Source of the DNA: a candidate division FCPU426 bacterium
GTDB lineage: Bacteria; Oederibacteriota; Muellerivitia; Muellerivitales; Muellerivitaceae
NCBI GenBank assembly: GCA_963830915.1
Contig: CAWHOE010000051.1
Location: 119,945 to 183,944 of the forward strand
Length of the DNA: 64,000 bases
Direction of reading: 5' to 3'
Below, piece by piece: positions 50,550 to 61,545 of this stretch. The translations under genes were made by a program, and so were the position numbers. The notes beneath the pieces are model-generated. The model had not been told where the DNA came from. It worked only from the letters and a program-made list of their open reading frames with translations, and did no database searches. Position 1 is the first letter of the stretch. Every line of letters begins with the position of its first letter.

Positions 50550-51754
50550 AAACCGTAAAAAAAGTGGTTCTGGCCTATTCAGGTGGTTTGGATACTTCCA
50601 TTATCATCCCGTGGTTGAAAGAGAACTATGGTTGCCAGGTCGTGGCTTACATCGCGGATGTTGGACAAGGAAAGGAAGTTGGTCCAGCTCGGAAAAAAGC
50701 GTTGAAAACAGGCGCCATTAAAGTCGTGGTCCAAGACCTGAGAAAAGATTTCATCGATCACTATTGTTTTTCCGCTCTTCGGGCACAAGCAAAGTATGAA
50801 AATACTTATCTGCTGGGAACATCTCTCGCGAGACCCGTGATCGCGAAAGGGCTTGTCGAGGTGGCTCTCAAAGAGGGCGCGGACGCCATCGCGCATGGCG
50901 CGACTGGAAAAGGGAACGACCAGGTTCGATTTGAATTGACGGTCATGGCGTTGGCGCCTCAGCTGAAAATCATCGCTCCATGGCGTGAATGGGATATCCG
51001 TTCCAGGGAAGACGCCATTGATTACGCCAACCAAAGAGGCATTGAAATACCCGTGACCAAAAAAAGACCTTATTCCATGGACGGAAACTTGTGGCATTTA
51101 AGCCATGAGGGCGGGGAATTAGAGGATCCTTGGAACGCGCCCTCCAAGCAAGTGTTTTTGACCACGAAAGATCCGGCGAAAGCCCCCAAAAATCCATCCA
51201 GTGTCATTGTCAATTTCAAATCCGGCATCCCTGTGGGATTAAATGGGAAAAAAATGAGTTCAGTGCTGATCGTTGAGAAACTGAATTCAATGGCTTCCGC
51301 TTATGGGATCGGAAGGATCGATATTGTCGAAAATCGATTGGTCGGCATGAAAAGCCGGGGTGTGTACGAGGCCCCTGGCGCAACGGTGCTTTATGAAGCC
51401 CATCGTGCGTTGCAAAGTTTGACCGTTGAAAGGGAAGCGCTCCACTACAGCCAATTGTTATCGGTCAAATATTCCGAAATGGTCTATTACGGCCAGTGGT
51501 TTTCCCCATTGCGGGAAGGGCTGGAGGCTTTTTTTGATGAAACTCAAAAAAACGTGACGGGTGATGTGCGGCTGGAACTTAATCCAGGCAGGGTCATAGC
51601 GACTGGAATAAGGTCTCCGTTCTCACTCTACCAACAGGACCTGGCGACTTTTGGCGAGGACGAAGTTTATGATCAAAAAGACGCGGAAGGATTCATTAAA
51701 TTATTCGGACTTCCGTTGAAGGTGGTGGGGATGGTCAAAAGAGGGAAAAAATGA
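50546..51754 (+). CDS. argG: argininosuccinate synthase
   Basis: [29 protein letters not shown]. Confidence 0.98.
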   Translation: MKTVKKVVLAYSGGLDTSIIIPWLKENYGCQVVAYIADVGQGKEVGPARKKALKTGAIKVVVQDLRKDFIDHYCFSALRAQAKYENTYLLGTSLARPVIAKGLVEVALKEGADAIAHGATGKGNDQVRFELTVMALAPQLKIIAPWREWDIRSREDAIDYANQRGIEIPVTKKRPYSMDGNLWHLSHEGGELEDPWNAPSKQVFLTTKDPAKAPKNPSSVIVNFKSGIPVGLNGKKMSSVLIVEKLNSMASAYGIGRIDIVENRLVGMKSRGVYEAPGATVLYEAHRALQSLTVEREALHYSQLLSVKYSEMVYYGQWFSPLREGLEAFFDETQKNVTGDVRLELNPGRVIATGIRSPFSLYQQDLATFGEDEVYDQKDAEGFIKLFGLPLKVVGMVKRGKK

Positions 51755-53154
51755 AAACCATCTGGGGCGGGCGATTTAAAAAGCCAATGGATCCGCGGGT
51801 CATCGCATTCACCGAGTCCATTTCATTCGACGTGAGATTGGGGCTTTTTGATATTGAAGGAAGCTTGGCCCATGTGAAAACCCTTGTGAAAGCTAAATTG
51901 CTGACAGCTCAAGAAGGCAATAAATTGATCAAAGGGTTACAAAAAGTGGGGACCCTTATCCAAAAAGGGAAGTTCCCGACCAATACCAGTATGGAAGATA
52001 TCCATACCGCCGTTGAGAAGGCATTGATCAAACTTGTCGGTCCATTGGGAGGAAAATTACACACCGGCCGTTCAAGAAACGACCAAATAGCCACGGACGC
52101 GAGGCTTTATTTACGTTCCGCCATACTTAAAACGGTCACGACGGGCACTCGTTTTCTGGAAGTTTTGTGCCGGATCTCCTTGAAAGAAAAAAATACGGTC
52201 ATGCCGGGCTATACCCATTTGCAAAGGGCCATGCCCATTGTTCTTGGCCATCATTTGGCGGCATACGCCTTCATGATCGCTCGTGATATGGATAGGTTCT
52301 TAACTGTTTGGGACCGGGCTAACGCCCTTCCTCTTGGCTCGGGAGCCTTGGCCGGAACTAACCATGATTTTGACCGTTTTTACACGGCCAAAAATCTTGG
52401 TTTGAAGTCGGCCATCGCGAACAGTTTGGACGCGGTCTCCGATAGGGATGTCTTCGTGGATTATCTTTCGGCCGCGGCTATCATCCAAATGCATCTTTCG
52501 AGATTTTCCGAAGACTTGATCCTTTGGGCTAGCACTGAGTTCGGATTCATAGAAATGGATGACGCGTTCGCTACCGGGTCCAGCCTTATGCCTCAAAAAA
52601 AGAACCCGGATGTCGCTGAATTAGTAAGAGGAAAAACCGGAAGGGTATACGGTAATCTTATTGGACTTTTAACAGTTCTGAAAGGACTGCCATTGGCCTA
52701 TAACCGGGATCTTCAGGAAGATAAACACTTTTTGTTCGATTCGGTCGATACGGTCAACGGTTCACTTGAGGTCTTAACAGGGTTTTTATCGACCCTAACT
52801 TTCAATAGAAGCCGGATGGCGGAATTCGCGGATAAAGACTTGACCCTCTTGGCCACTGATTTGGCGGATGTTCTTGTCAAGGCAGGTGTGCCTTTCAGGG
52901 AATCTCACGAGGTCATCGGCGGTGTGGTCCAATATTGTTTGAAAAATGGGAAAAGACTCCAGGATCTTACGGACAATGAATTGCGGGGGTTTTCGGATAA
53001 ATTTCCTAAGAATACCGCCGCGAATCTTTCCGTCCAAAGCTCTGTTTCACAAAAGAAAGCCTTTGGCGGGACCTCCCCGGATAACGTCGTCGGCCAGATC
53101 GCGCTTTTGAAAAGTAAGATCGTCCAGTATAAAAAGCTCATTAAAAAACTTTGA
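51751..53154 (+). CDS. argH: argininosuccinate lyase
   Basis: [26 protein letters not shown]. Confidence 0.98.
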   Translation: MKTIWGGRFKKPMDPRVIAFTESISFDVRLGLFDIEGSLAHVKTLVKAKLLTAQEGNKLIKGLQKVGTLIQKGKFPTNTSMEDIHTAVEKALIKLVGPLGGKLHTGRSRNDQIATDARLYLRSAILKTVTTGTRFLEVLCRISLKEKNTVMPGYTHLQRAMPIVLGHHLAAYAFMIARDMDRFLTVWDRANALPLGSGALAGTNHDFDRFYTAKNLGLKSAIANSLDAVSDRDVFVDYLSAAAIIQMHLSRFSEDLILWASTEFGFIEMDDAFATGSSLMPQKKNPDVAELVRGKTGRVYGNLIGLLTVLKGLPLAYNRDLQEDKHFLFDSVDTVNGSLEVLTGFLSTLTFNRSRMAEFADKDLTLLATDLADVLVKAGVPFRESHEVIGGVVQYCLKNGKRLQDLTDNELRGFSDKFPKNTAANLSVQSSVSQKKAFGGTSPDNVVGQIALLKSKIVQYKKLIKKL

Positions 53155-53161
53155 GGAACAA

Positions 53162-54408
53162 ATGATCGGTTTCCATTTTAAAAATAATCGATGGTACGTG
53201 GACGGGGTCGATCTTAATAGGATCGCGGAAAAAGTCGGCACTCCATGCTTTGTCTACAGTCTGGCGGCTTTCGAGGAACGATTCAATGAGATCGATCACG
53301 CTTACCGTTCGGTGCCGCACTTAGTGGCTTACGCCATGAAAGCCAACAGCAATCTTTCCGTGCTTCACGCGTTAGCGAAAAAAGGCGCCGGCGCGGACGT
53401 GGTATCAGGAGGGGAAATTTATTTGGCCAGGAAAGCAGGGGTTCCCGCCAATAAGATCATTTATGCGGGTGTTGGTAAAACAAAAGAAGAAATCCGTTAC
53501 GCTTTGGATGAGGGAATTCGCTATTTCAACGTGGAATCCATACACGAAATAGAGATCATCAATGAACTTTCCCGGGTCAAGAAAACGATCGCACCCATCG
53601 CGGTACGATTCAACCCCGATGTGGACGCCCATACCCATCACTACATCACCACGGGTAAAAAGGAATCGAAATTCGGGATCTATCTTGGCGATATCGATAA
53701 GATCATCCAAGTTGTACGCCGCTGTCATTACATACGCTGGACCGGGGTCCATGCCCATGTGGGCAGTCAAATGACCCAGACCGGGTCGGTGTCAAAAGCC
53801 GCGAGAATCCTTGAAAACCTGGTTTTGCGTTTCGGCGTGAGGGTTTCCCGATCCAGACGGTCAATTTGGGCGGAGGCTATGGGATTGATTATCATGGTGA
53901 AAAGGCCCCAGCCCCTTCCCAATACGCCGTTAAAGTCATTCCAACCATAAAAAGACTGAACGTGGATCTGATTTTGGAACCCGGAAGATTCATTTCCGGA
54001 AACTCGGGGGTCCTTTTGACCCGGGTGACTTACATCAAAAATAGCGGAAAAAAGACCTTTTATATCGTGGACGCGGGAATGAACGAACTGATCCGTCCCG
54101 CTCTTTACGACGCCTATCATCGCATTGCCCCCGCCATCGGGGCTAAAACCAGTACCCGACTGGTCGATGTGGTAGGTCCCATTTGCGAATCGAGCGATTT
54201 TTTCGCCAAGAACCGCCATCTTCCCACGGCCTTTCAAGGCCAATTGCTTGTCGTTTTTTCAGCCGGAGCTTACGGAAGCGTCATGTCCAGTACCTACAAC
54301 GCGCGACCCTTGGCGGCCGAGGTCGTTGTCCGGGGAAACAAATTCACTATCGCCAGACGCCGGCAAACCTGGGCCGAGCTGGCGAGGCTGGAAAAAATAG
54401 TCCCATAA
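53162..54408 (+). CDS. lysA: diaminopimelate decarboxylase; split by a -1 frameshift near 53831
   Basis: YAMKAN, HVGSQ in frame 1; NLGGGY, EPGR, GPICESSD, GAYG in frame 2. Confidence 0.92.
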
Positions 54409-54472
54409 GACGAACCTAAAGTTTACTTGCGATAGACAAAGAAATTCCCTAAACTAAACTCATTAAGACCCC

Positions 54473-54497
54473 AACCCCCGTCAGGGGGTTTTCTTTT
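54473..54497 (+). terminator. terminator-like hairpin upstream of dapA
   Basis: AACCCCC-GTCA-GGGGGTT plus TTCTTTT; promoter candidate TTGCGA-17-TAAACT at 54427-54455. Confidence 0.6.
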
Positions 54498-54528
54498 ATT
54501 CGGCGTTTTTCATTACCAAGGAGGAAAA

Positions 54529-55425
54529 ATGTTTCGCGGCGCCTATACGGCTCTGGTGACACCGTTTAAGAATGGTCGAGTGGATTATGAATCCTTGCGC
54601 GCTTTGATCGAGGACCAGATCTCCAAGGGCATCGATGGGTTGGTGCCATGCGGCACGACCGGTGAGTCGCCCACTTTAAATGAATCGGAACATGGTGAAG
54701 TGATCTCTTTCACTGTCAAGACCGTCCATAAAAGGGTTCCCGTGATCGCCGGAACGGGGTCCAATTCAACCTCCGAGGCCATTCAACTCACCCGCCACGC
54801 GAAAGAAGCGGGGGCTGACGCGGTCCTTTTGGTTTGTCCTTATTACAATAAACCGAGCCAAAGGGGGCTGATCGCCCATTTCTCGACGATCGCCGACCAG
54901 GTGGATATACCCCAGGTCCTTTACAATGTGCCGGGTCGTACCGGGATACCCATCGCGCCTGAAACGGTCGCGGAACTTTCCCGTCACAGGAATATCGTGG
55001 GTATCAAAGAAGCGAGCGGTAACCTGGAACAGATCATCAAAATGAAAGGCCTTTGCGGCCCTGATTTCGATCTTATCTCCGGGGATGATACTTTGACCCT
55101 GCCTATTTTAGCGGTAGGCGGTGTCGGCGTGATCTCCGTTACATCCCATCTGCTGCCATCCGAAACATCGAAAATGGTCCACGATTATTTAGAGGGGAAG
55201 CAAAATGAGTCGCGGGACAGTTTCATGAAATATTCAGATCTGGTGAAATGCGTCATGTCATTGGATGTCAATCCAGTCGGCATTAAAACCGCGCTAGCCT
55301 TGCGGGGCCAGATCGCGGAAGAGTTGCGTTTGCCTCTGGTGCCGGTATCTTCGGAGTCTAAAGAGACGTTGCGAAAAGTCCTGGAACGTTATGGAATGTT
55401 AAGCGCGGCGGGCCAACGCCGATGA
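54529..55425 (+). CDS. dapA: 4-hydroxy-tetrahydrodipicolinate synthase
   Basis: GTTGES, PYYNKP, LYNVPGRT, GIKEA. Confidence 0.97.
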   Translation: MFRGAYTALVTPFKNGRVDYESLRALIEDQISKGIDGLVPCGTTGESPTLNESEHGEVISFTVKTVHKRVPVIAGTGSNSTSEAIQLTRHAKEAGADAVLLVCPYYNKPSQRGLIAHFSTIADQVDIPQVLYNVPGRTGIPIAPETVAELSRHRNIVGIKEASGNLEQIIKMKGLCGPDFDLISGDDTLTLPILAVGGVGVISVTSHLLPSETSKMVHDYLEGKQNESRDSFMKYSDLVKCVMSLDVNPVGIKTALALRGQIAEELRLPLVPVSSESKETLRKVLERYGMLSAAGQRR

Positions 55426-56228
55426 GCATCAAACTCGCGGTTTCCGGCGCGACCGGAAGAATGGGACATACGATCCTTCAATTGGCCGCCCTTGATGGGA
55501 GGTTCTTAATTACGGGAGCCTTGGAATCGCCCACTCATCCCATGATCGGGAAAAGTATTTGTGACGCGGATCCCTCCCTGGCCAAGACCCTTGGGACCCC
55601 CATCGTTGAAAAACTCGAGGATCTTAAAAATAAGCCGGACATTTTGATCGATTTTTCAATGCCCATCGCATCTCTCAATTATTTGACATCCGCTAAAAAA
55701 CTTGGGATAGGATTGGTCGTGGGCACCACGGGACTCAATCCCGATGAGAAAAAAATGTACGTTGACGCTTCTACAAAGATCCCGGTCCTTTTATCCCCGA
55801 ATATGGGTGTGGGGATGAATCTTTTTTTCACCCTGGTGGAAGAAGCCGCCAGAAAATTGGGACCGGAATATGACGTGGAAATCATAGAGGCGCACCATAA
55901 CCTTAAAAAAGACGCTCCTTCCGGTTCCGCTTTAGGCCTAGGCGAAGCCGTATCCCGGGCCTGGGGCCAGGATCTGGATAAGATCTCGACCCATGGGAGA
56001 AAAGGGAAAGTCGGGGAAAGGGTCAAGGGTACCATCGGGTTCCACGCTGTTCGAGGCGGTGATATTGTTGGCGATCATACGGTCTTATTCGCGGGCCCGG
56101 GTGAAAGATTGGAATTAACACACCGAGCGGCTAGCCGCGAGGCGTTCGCCCGAGGCGCGTTAAAGGCCGCGCTATTCTTGTCCTCAAGAAAAGATGGTTT
56201 TTATGAAATGCGGGATGTTTTGATCTAA
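55422..56228 (+). CDS. dapB: 4-hydroxy-tetrahydrodipicolinate reductase
   Basis: GATGRMG, GTTG, EAHHNLKKDAPSG, RGGDIVGDH. Confidence 0.97.
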   Translation: MSIKLAVSGATGRMGHTILQLAALDGRFLITGALESPTHPMIGKSICDADPSLAKTLGTPIVEKLEDLKNKPDILIDFSMPIASLNYLTSAKKLGIGLVVGTTGLNPDEKKMYVDASTKIPVLLSPNMGVGMNLFFTLVEEAARKLGPEYDVEIIEAHHNLKKDAPSGSALGLGEAVSRAWGQDLDKISTHGRKGKVGERVKGTIGFHAVRGGDIVGDHTVLFAGPGERLELTHRAASREAFARGALKAALFLSSRKDGFYEMRDVLI

Positions 56229-56319
56229 ACCCCTCAACACCTTGAAATCAGGGTCTTCTGTTAAGCCGCGATGGTCCTTTTAAAGTCCAAATCTAGCGTT
56301 TTCTCCAAAAGAGGTTTTC

Positions 56320-57084
56320 TTGAGGATAGCCAGGTTACTTCATAATGGGAAACCCCGTTGGGCGATGCTTTTGGAATCGGTCTCCACTTACCGGGTTTTC
56401 ATGTCCGAGTCTCCTTGGCTGGATGCTGTCCTGGACTCCAAGTCCTTTCCCCTTAGAAGCGAATCGTTATTGGCGCCAGCCATGCCCTCCAAGATCATTG
56501 GAGTCGGGTTGAATTATAAAGACCACGCACAAGAAATGGGCCACACGGACCCCAAGGAACCGGTCCTTTTCTTAAAACCTCCTTCGGCTTTATTGAATCC
56601 GGAGGGTGAAATCCTGTATCCTTCCTCATCCAAACGTGTGGATCACGAGGCGGAGTTAGCGGTGGTCCTCAAAAGCCGTTTAAAGAACGCTTCGATGGAT
56701 GAGGCTCAAAAAGCGATCTGGGGCTTTACTTGTTGTAATGACGTGACCGCCCGGGATCTCCAGAAAGCGGACGGGCAGTGGACAAGGGCTAAAGGTTTTG
56801 ATGGATTTTGTCCCTTGGGCCCTTGGATCGTTACGGATTTTGTCGAAAAAGGCCAGAAACTTACCGCGAAAGTGAATGGGAAAGTCAGACAATCATCGGA
56901 CATTTCCATGCGGTTCTGGAATACGGTCCAACTTTTGGTCTTTGCCTCAAAGGTGATGACCCTTGAGCCTTTGGATGTTCTAACGACCGGTACCCCCGCC
57001 GGCATTGGGCCGATGGAGCCGGGGGACATCGTCGAAGTGGAAGTGGAGGGTATCGGTATCCTCCGAAACAAGATGGCTGGATAA
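56320..57084 (+). CDS. fumarylacetoacetate hydrolase family protein
   Basis: KIIGVGLNY, DHEAEL, NDVTARD, AKGFD, TGTPAG. Confidence 0.93.
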   Translation: MRIARLLHNGKPRWAMLLESVSTYRVFMSESPWLDAVLDSKSFPLRSESLLAPAMPSKIIGVGLNYKDHAQEMGHTDPKEPVLFLKPPSALLNPEGEILYPSSSKRVDHEAELAVVLKSRLKNASMDEAQKAIWGFTCCNDVTARDLQKADGQWTRAKGFDGFCPLGPWIVTDFVEKGQKLTAKVNGKVRQSSDISMRFWNTVQLLVFASKVMTLEPLDVLTTGTPAGIGPMEPGDIVEVEVEGIGILRNKMAG

Positions 57085-57099
57085 CATGGGAGAAAAAAT

Positions 57100-58263
57100 A
57101 TGAGTTTCAAAAACGCGGCCCGTCTCGAAAAATTACCGCCATATCTTTTTATCGAGATCGATCGTAAGAAAAAAGAGGCCATCGACCGCGGGGTCGACAT
57201 CATCAGTCTGGGGGTTGGCGATCCGGACCTTCCGACCCCTCCTTTTATCGTGGAAGCGCTCTATAAAGCGGCCCAGGATAAAGCCAATCATCAGTATCCC
57301 TTTGGAAGCGGGCTTTTGAAATACCGGGAAGCCATCGCCCGGTGGTTCTTATCGAGGTTTTCCGTCAAGCTCGACCCCAAGGACCAAATCGCCGCGATCA
57401 TCGGTTCCAAAGAAGCCATCGGACATTTTCCGCTCGGGATATTGAACCCGGGCGATGTTTGTTTGATGCCTTCCCCCGGCTACCCGGTCTATCACGCGGG
57501 AACGCTTTTCGCCGGCGGTGAATCCTATTTTCTCCCCCTTCTAGAGGAAAATAACTTCCTTCCCGATCTGGACGCGGTACCCGCTGAAGTGCTGAAAAAG
57601 TCCAAACTACTTTGGATCAACTCCCCTCAGAATCCCACCACGACGGTTGCGGACAGGGCTTTTTTCGAGAAAGTCGTGGCCTTCGCGAAGAAAAATAACA
57701 TCATCGTCGCCAACGACGCGGCCTACAGCGAGATCTATTACGACGGTAAAAAACCCATGAGCCTCTTGGAGGTTCCGGGAGCCATGGATGTTTGCATCGA
57801 GTTCCATTCACTTTCCAAAACCTTCAACATGACCGGGTGGCGGATCGGCTTCGCTGTCGGTAACCGGGACCTGGTAAAGGTATTGACCACGGTCAAAGAG
57901 AACTATGACTCCGGTGTTTTTAACGCCATCCAGTACGCCGCGATCGCGGGACTGGAAGCGCCGCCGAAAGTCACGGATGACATCCGGGCGATCTATCAGG
58001 ACCGCCGGGATTATTTCGCGGCCGGGTTGCGTGAACTGGGATGGAAATTCAAAATGCCGGAGGCCGCCTTTTATTTCTGGGTCAAGGTCCCGAATGGCAT
58101 GTCCTCGGCTGAATGGTGCGGCAAATTATTGGATGAGGCGGGGGTGATCGTGACTCCCGGGAATGGTATGGGAAAAGCGGGGGAAGGTTATTTTAGAATG
58201 ACGGTGACGGTGGAGAAAGAACGGCTAAAAGAAGCCTTGGAACGTTTCTCGAAGATCAAATAA
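57100..58263 (+). CDS. dapL: LL-diaminopimelate aminotransferase (class I/II PLP enzyme)
   Basis: LPPYLF, SLGVGDPD, SLSKTFNMTGWRIG; dap gene context. Confidence 0.85.
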   Translation: MSFKNAARLEKLPPYLFIEIDRKKKEAIDRGVDIISLGVGDPDLPTPPFIVEALYKAAQDKANHQYPFGSGLLKYREAIARWFLSRFSVKLDPKDQIAAIIGSKEAIGHFPLGILNPGDVCLMPSPGYPVYHAGTLFAGGESYFLPLLEENNFLPDLDAVPAEVLKKSKLLWINSPQNPTTTVADRAFFEKVVAFAKKNNIIVANDAAYSEIYYDGKKPMSLLEVPGAMDVCIEFHSLSKTFNMTGWRIGFAVGNRDLVKVLTTVKENYDSGVFNAIQYAAIAGLEAPPKVTDDIRAIYQDRRDYFAAGLRELGWKFKMPEAAFYFWVKVPNGMSSAEWCGKLLDEAGVIVTPGNGMGKAGEGYFRMTVTVEKERLKEALERFSKIK

Positions 58264-58288
58264 TCTACGGTCCGGAAAGCCCCATTTT

Positions 58289-58774
58289 ATGGCGAAAACC
58301 TATTTGTCACTGGGCTCCAATCTTGGCGATCGAGAGAAGAACCTGGAAGACGCCAGACGATCCATAAGAACGGCGTTCCCGGAAGTGAGATTCTCCTGCG
58401 TCTATGAGACCGAACCGGTGGAATTCATTGACCAACCGTGGTTTTTGAACCAGGTGGCGGAGGTTCAGACCGATTTGTCGCCCGAATCTTTGCTAGAATG
58501 GGCCAGTTCCTTAGAGGATAAATTGGGCCGTCAAAGAACGATCCCCAAAGGACCCCGAACGCTTGATGTGGATATTTTGGTCTATGATGAAAGAGTGATG
58601 AAGGATGATCATTTGACCTTGCCTCACCCTAGATTGTCCCAAAGACGCCATGTGTTGATCCCTTTAGCGGATCTGAACCCGGGTCTCATTCTGCCGGGGG
58701 CATCTTTCAATGTCGCGGATATGTTGATGAATACAGAGGATCGGTCCCAGGTAAAAGAATATGCTTCAGCATAA
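58289..58774 (+). CDS. folK: 2-amino-4-hydroxy-6-hydroxymethyldihydropteridine diphosphokinase
   Basis: LSLGSNLG, GPRTLDVDIL, LPHP. Confidence 0.96.
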   Translation: MAKTYLSLGSNLGDREKNLEDARRSIRTAFPEVRFSCVYETEPVEFIDQPWFLNQVAEVQTDLSPESLLEWASSLEDKLGRQRTIPKGPRTLDVDILVYDERVMKDDHLTLPHPRLSQRRHVLIPLADLNPGLILPGASFNVADMLMNTEDRSQVKEYASA

Positions 58775-59405
58775 ATACATTGCCATTGAAGGCCCGATCG
58801 GGGTCGGAAAAACCAGCCTGGCGGAGATACTGGCCAAGAAACTGAACGCCCGTTTGATCCGGGAAGGCGCGGAAGATAACCCGTTCATCATGCATTTCTA
58901 TAAAGACATGCAAAAACACGCTTTTCAGACCCAGATGTTCTTTCTCCTGTCCCGATATAAACAGCAACAGGAAATGGTCCAAAGCGACCTTTTCCAAAGC
59001 GGGTTGGTCAGCGATTATGTTTTCGCCAAGGATAGGATCTTCGCCAACCTGACCCTGGACGATAATGAGCTCAAGTTGTACGAGCAGATCCACGCCATCC
59101 TCAACGGCAATGTCTTGAAACCGGACTTCGTCATCTATTTACAAGCTTCCACCGATGTCCTGTTGAAAAGGATCGCTTTGAGGGGCCGAAAATTCGAGTC
59201 GCAGATCAACAATGCGTATTTGGCCGAGTTGAACCAAGCGTACAATTACTATTTCTTCCATTACCAGGAAACGCCGCTCATGGTGGTCAACACCAGCGAG
59301 ATCGACTTTGTCCACCGGGACGCGGATCTGGATGACCTTTTGAGCCATATGGAAAAGGTCACCAAGGGAACGGTCTACTACCAACCGGTCAGCGTGAAAA
59401 AATGA
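58761..59405 (+). CDS. deoxynucleoside kinase
   Basis: IEGPIGVGKT, FLLSRY, DRIFA, RGR; folK-dNK-panB order. Confidence 0.92.
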   Translation: MLQHKYIAIEGPIGVGKTSLAEILAKKLNARLIREGAEDNPFIMHFYKDMQKHAFQTQMFFLLSRYKQQQEMVQSDLFQSGLVSDYVFAKDRIFANLTLDDNELKLYEQIHAILNGNVLKPDFVIYLQASTDVLLKRIALRGRKFESQINNAYLAELNQAYNYYFFHYQETPLMVVNTSEIDFVHRDADLDDLLSHMEKVTKGTVYYQPVSVKK

Positions 59406-60199
59406 ACCCGTTCCGCCCGTTCACGATCCTGGACCTCCAGAAAAAATACGAACAACATGAAAAGTTGATCCTGGTGACCGCTTATGACTATTCCATGGCC
59501 CTCGCGGTGGACGCGGCCGGGGTCGACGCGATCCTGGTGGGCGACAGTTTGAACATGACCATGTTGGGCAGGCCCAATACGCTTTCCGCGACCATGGATG
59601 AAATGATCCATCATTGCCGGGCGGTGGTAAAAGGCGCGAAAAGGGCCATGGTCATCGGGGACCTGCCTTTCCTTTCTTATCAACTTTCCAAGGAACAAGC
59701 CCTGGAAAACGCCGGCGCGTTGTTGACCGAAGCCGGGGTCCAGGCCGTCAAATTGGAATGGTGCCCCCAGGCCCCTGAAATAACCGAATTTTTGGTCCAA
59801 AACGGGGTCCCGGTCATGGGCCATGTCGGTTTCACGCCCCAACATGTCAACCAATTCGGCGGTTACCATCGGCAGGGGACGAATCGCTCAAGCGCCGCCC
59901 AAATGGTGAAACAATCCCTGGCCTTGCAAAAGGCCGGTGCTTTTTCGATCGTATTGGAATTGATCCCGTCCGCCGTCGCTAAAAAGATCACCCAAGCCCT
60001 GTCCATTCCAACGATCGGGATAGGCGCCGGCCCTGATTGCGATGGACAAGTCCAAGTTCTCCATGACCTTTTAGGTTTACTGCCGGACTTCCACCCTAAA
60101 CACGCCAAAGCCTACTTGGATCTTCACGCGATGATCCAAAAAGCCGTGGAAGCCTACAAGGGCGATGTCGTTTCAGGACGATTCCCCCCCCGTTCTTGA
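59402..60199 (+). CDS. panB: 3-methyl-2-oxobutanoate hydroxymethyltransferase
   Basis: TAYD, LVGDSL, GHVGFTPQ, TIGIGAG, DGQVQV. Confidence 0.96.
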   Translation: MNPFRPFTILDLQKKYEQHEKLILVTAYDYSMALAVDAAGVDAILVGDSLNMTMLGRPNTLSATMDEMIHHCRAVVKGAKRAMVIGDLPFLSYQLSKEQALENAGALLTEAGVQAVKLEWCPQAPEITEFLVQNGVPVMGHVGFTPQHVNQFGGYHRQGTNRSSAAQMVKQSLALQKAGAFSIVLELIPSAVAKKITQALSIPTIGIGAGPDCDGQVQVLHDLLGLLPDFHPKHAKAYLDLHAMIQKAVEAYKGDVVSGRFPPRS

Positions 60200-60206
60200 G
60201 AATCCC

Positions 60207-61049
60207 ATGAAAATCATCCCGTCCATCCCAACGATGCAGCGTCTTTCCCGAAAGTGGAAAAGCGCCGGTAAAAAAATTGGTTTTGTCCCGACCATGGGAG
60301 CTCTCCATCAAGGACATCTGGAGTTGGTCAAGACCAGTCGCCGTGAAAATGACGTTACGGTGGTTTCCATTTTCGTCAATCCGACACAGTTCGGCCCTCA
60401 AGAGGATTTCAAGAAATACCCTCGCACACTTGATCAAGACTGTTCCTTGTTGCGGCGGGAAAAGGTACAAGCTGTTTTTTCCCCCTCCGATCATGAGATG
60501 TACGCCGCTGACCCGAACATAAAGATCCATATTACCGGTAGTTTAGTGAGCGGCCTTTGCGCGCCTTTCAGGCCCGGTCATTTTGACGGGGTGGCGCTGG
60601 TGGTCGTTAAGCTCCTTAATATCGTGATGCCGACCCATTTGTATCTAGGCCAAAAAGACGCTCAACAAGTGGCGGTCTTGAAGAGGACAATCTCTGAATT
60701 GAACCTTGAGGTGGTCCCGGTCATATGCCCCATCGTTCGCGAGAGGGACGGCCTGGCCATGAGTTCGCGCAATAAACTTTTGTCCATGGAAGGACGAAGG
60801 ACCGCTCCGGCACTTTTCAAAGCCCTCATGGAAGGGAAGAGGGTCGCGCGGACCGGTGAAAAAAATCCCGGTAAAGTATTGGCTGAGGCCAAAAAAGTCC
60901 TTTCAAAAGAAAAGAAGATAAAACTCCAGTATTTGGAAGCGGTGGATCCGTCCACTTTGACCCCCGTCTCAAAGATCAAAAAAGGCACCATGCTGGCTTT
61001 GGCGGCCTATCTTGACAATGTCCGGCTGATTGACAATATTGTGATATGA
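60207..61049 (+). CDS. panC: pantoate-beta-alanine ligase
   Basis: VPTMGALHQGH, SIFVNPTQF, GQKDAQQ, GLAMSSRN, RLIDN. Confidence 0.97.
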   Translation: MKIIPSIPTMQRLSRKWKSAGKKIGFVPTMGALHQGHLELVKTSRRENDVTVVSIFVNPTQFGPQEDFKKYPRTLDQDCSLLRREKVQAVFSPSDHEMYAADPNIKIHITGSLVSGLCAPFRPGHFDGVALVVVKLLNIVMPTHLYLGQKDAQQVAVLKRTISELNLEVVPVICPIVRERDGLAMSSRNKLLSMEGRRTAPALFKALMEGKRVARTGEKNPGKVLAEAKKVLSKEKKIKLQYLEAVDPSTLTPVSKIKKGTMLALAAYLDNVRLIDNIVI

Positions 61050-61177
61050 ACCGTTGATCACTGACGGGTGGGGTTCCCTAGGGAAATCGGGAAAAGGGTT
61101 TTTTTCCCGTTTACCTTGGGTTAAACTAACGCCTTAATCAATGTCCCTCCCGACTTGGGAAAAGCGAGAAAGCAAGC

Positions 61178-61543
61178 ATGGCAAGGGTTTTCGTTAGATC
61201 TAAGATACAAAAAGCGATCGTGACACAGACCGAACTTCAATATGAGGGAAGCATCACTTTGGACGTGAAACTCATGGAAGCGGCCGGTATATCCCCTTAT
61301 GAGCAGGTGCATGTCCTGAACCTGAATAACGGGGCCAGGATAGAAACATACGCGATCGAGGGGAAAAAGGGCTCGGGGACCGTTTGCCTTAACGGGGCCG
61401 CGGCCCGTTACGCGGAAAAGAACGACCTGGTGATCATTTTGACCTACGAGACCTTCAATAACGCTCCCCCCAAAAATTACGCGCCGACCGTGGTCGTGGT
61501 CGGGCCCAAGAACAAAGTCAAGAAGGTCAAAAAGGGAGGCTGA
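61178..61543 (+). CDS. panD: aspartate 1-decarboxylase
   Basis: YEGSIT cleavage site, RIETY, LNGAAAR. Confidence 0.93.
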   Translation: MARVFVRSKIQKAIVTQTELQYEGSITLDVKLMEAAGISPYEQVHVLNLNNGARIETYAIEGKKGSGTVCLNGAAARYAEKNDLVIILTYETFNNAPPKNYAPTVVVVGPKNKVKKVKKGG

Positions 61544-61545
61544 CC

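Noticed and set aside
53820..53870. Programmed -1 frameshift in lysA
   Set aside because: No clear slippery heptamer, and the same lesion type appears in three unrelated genes
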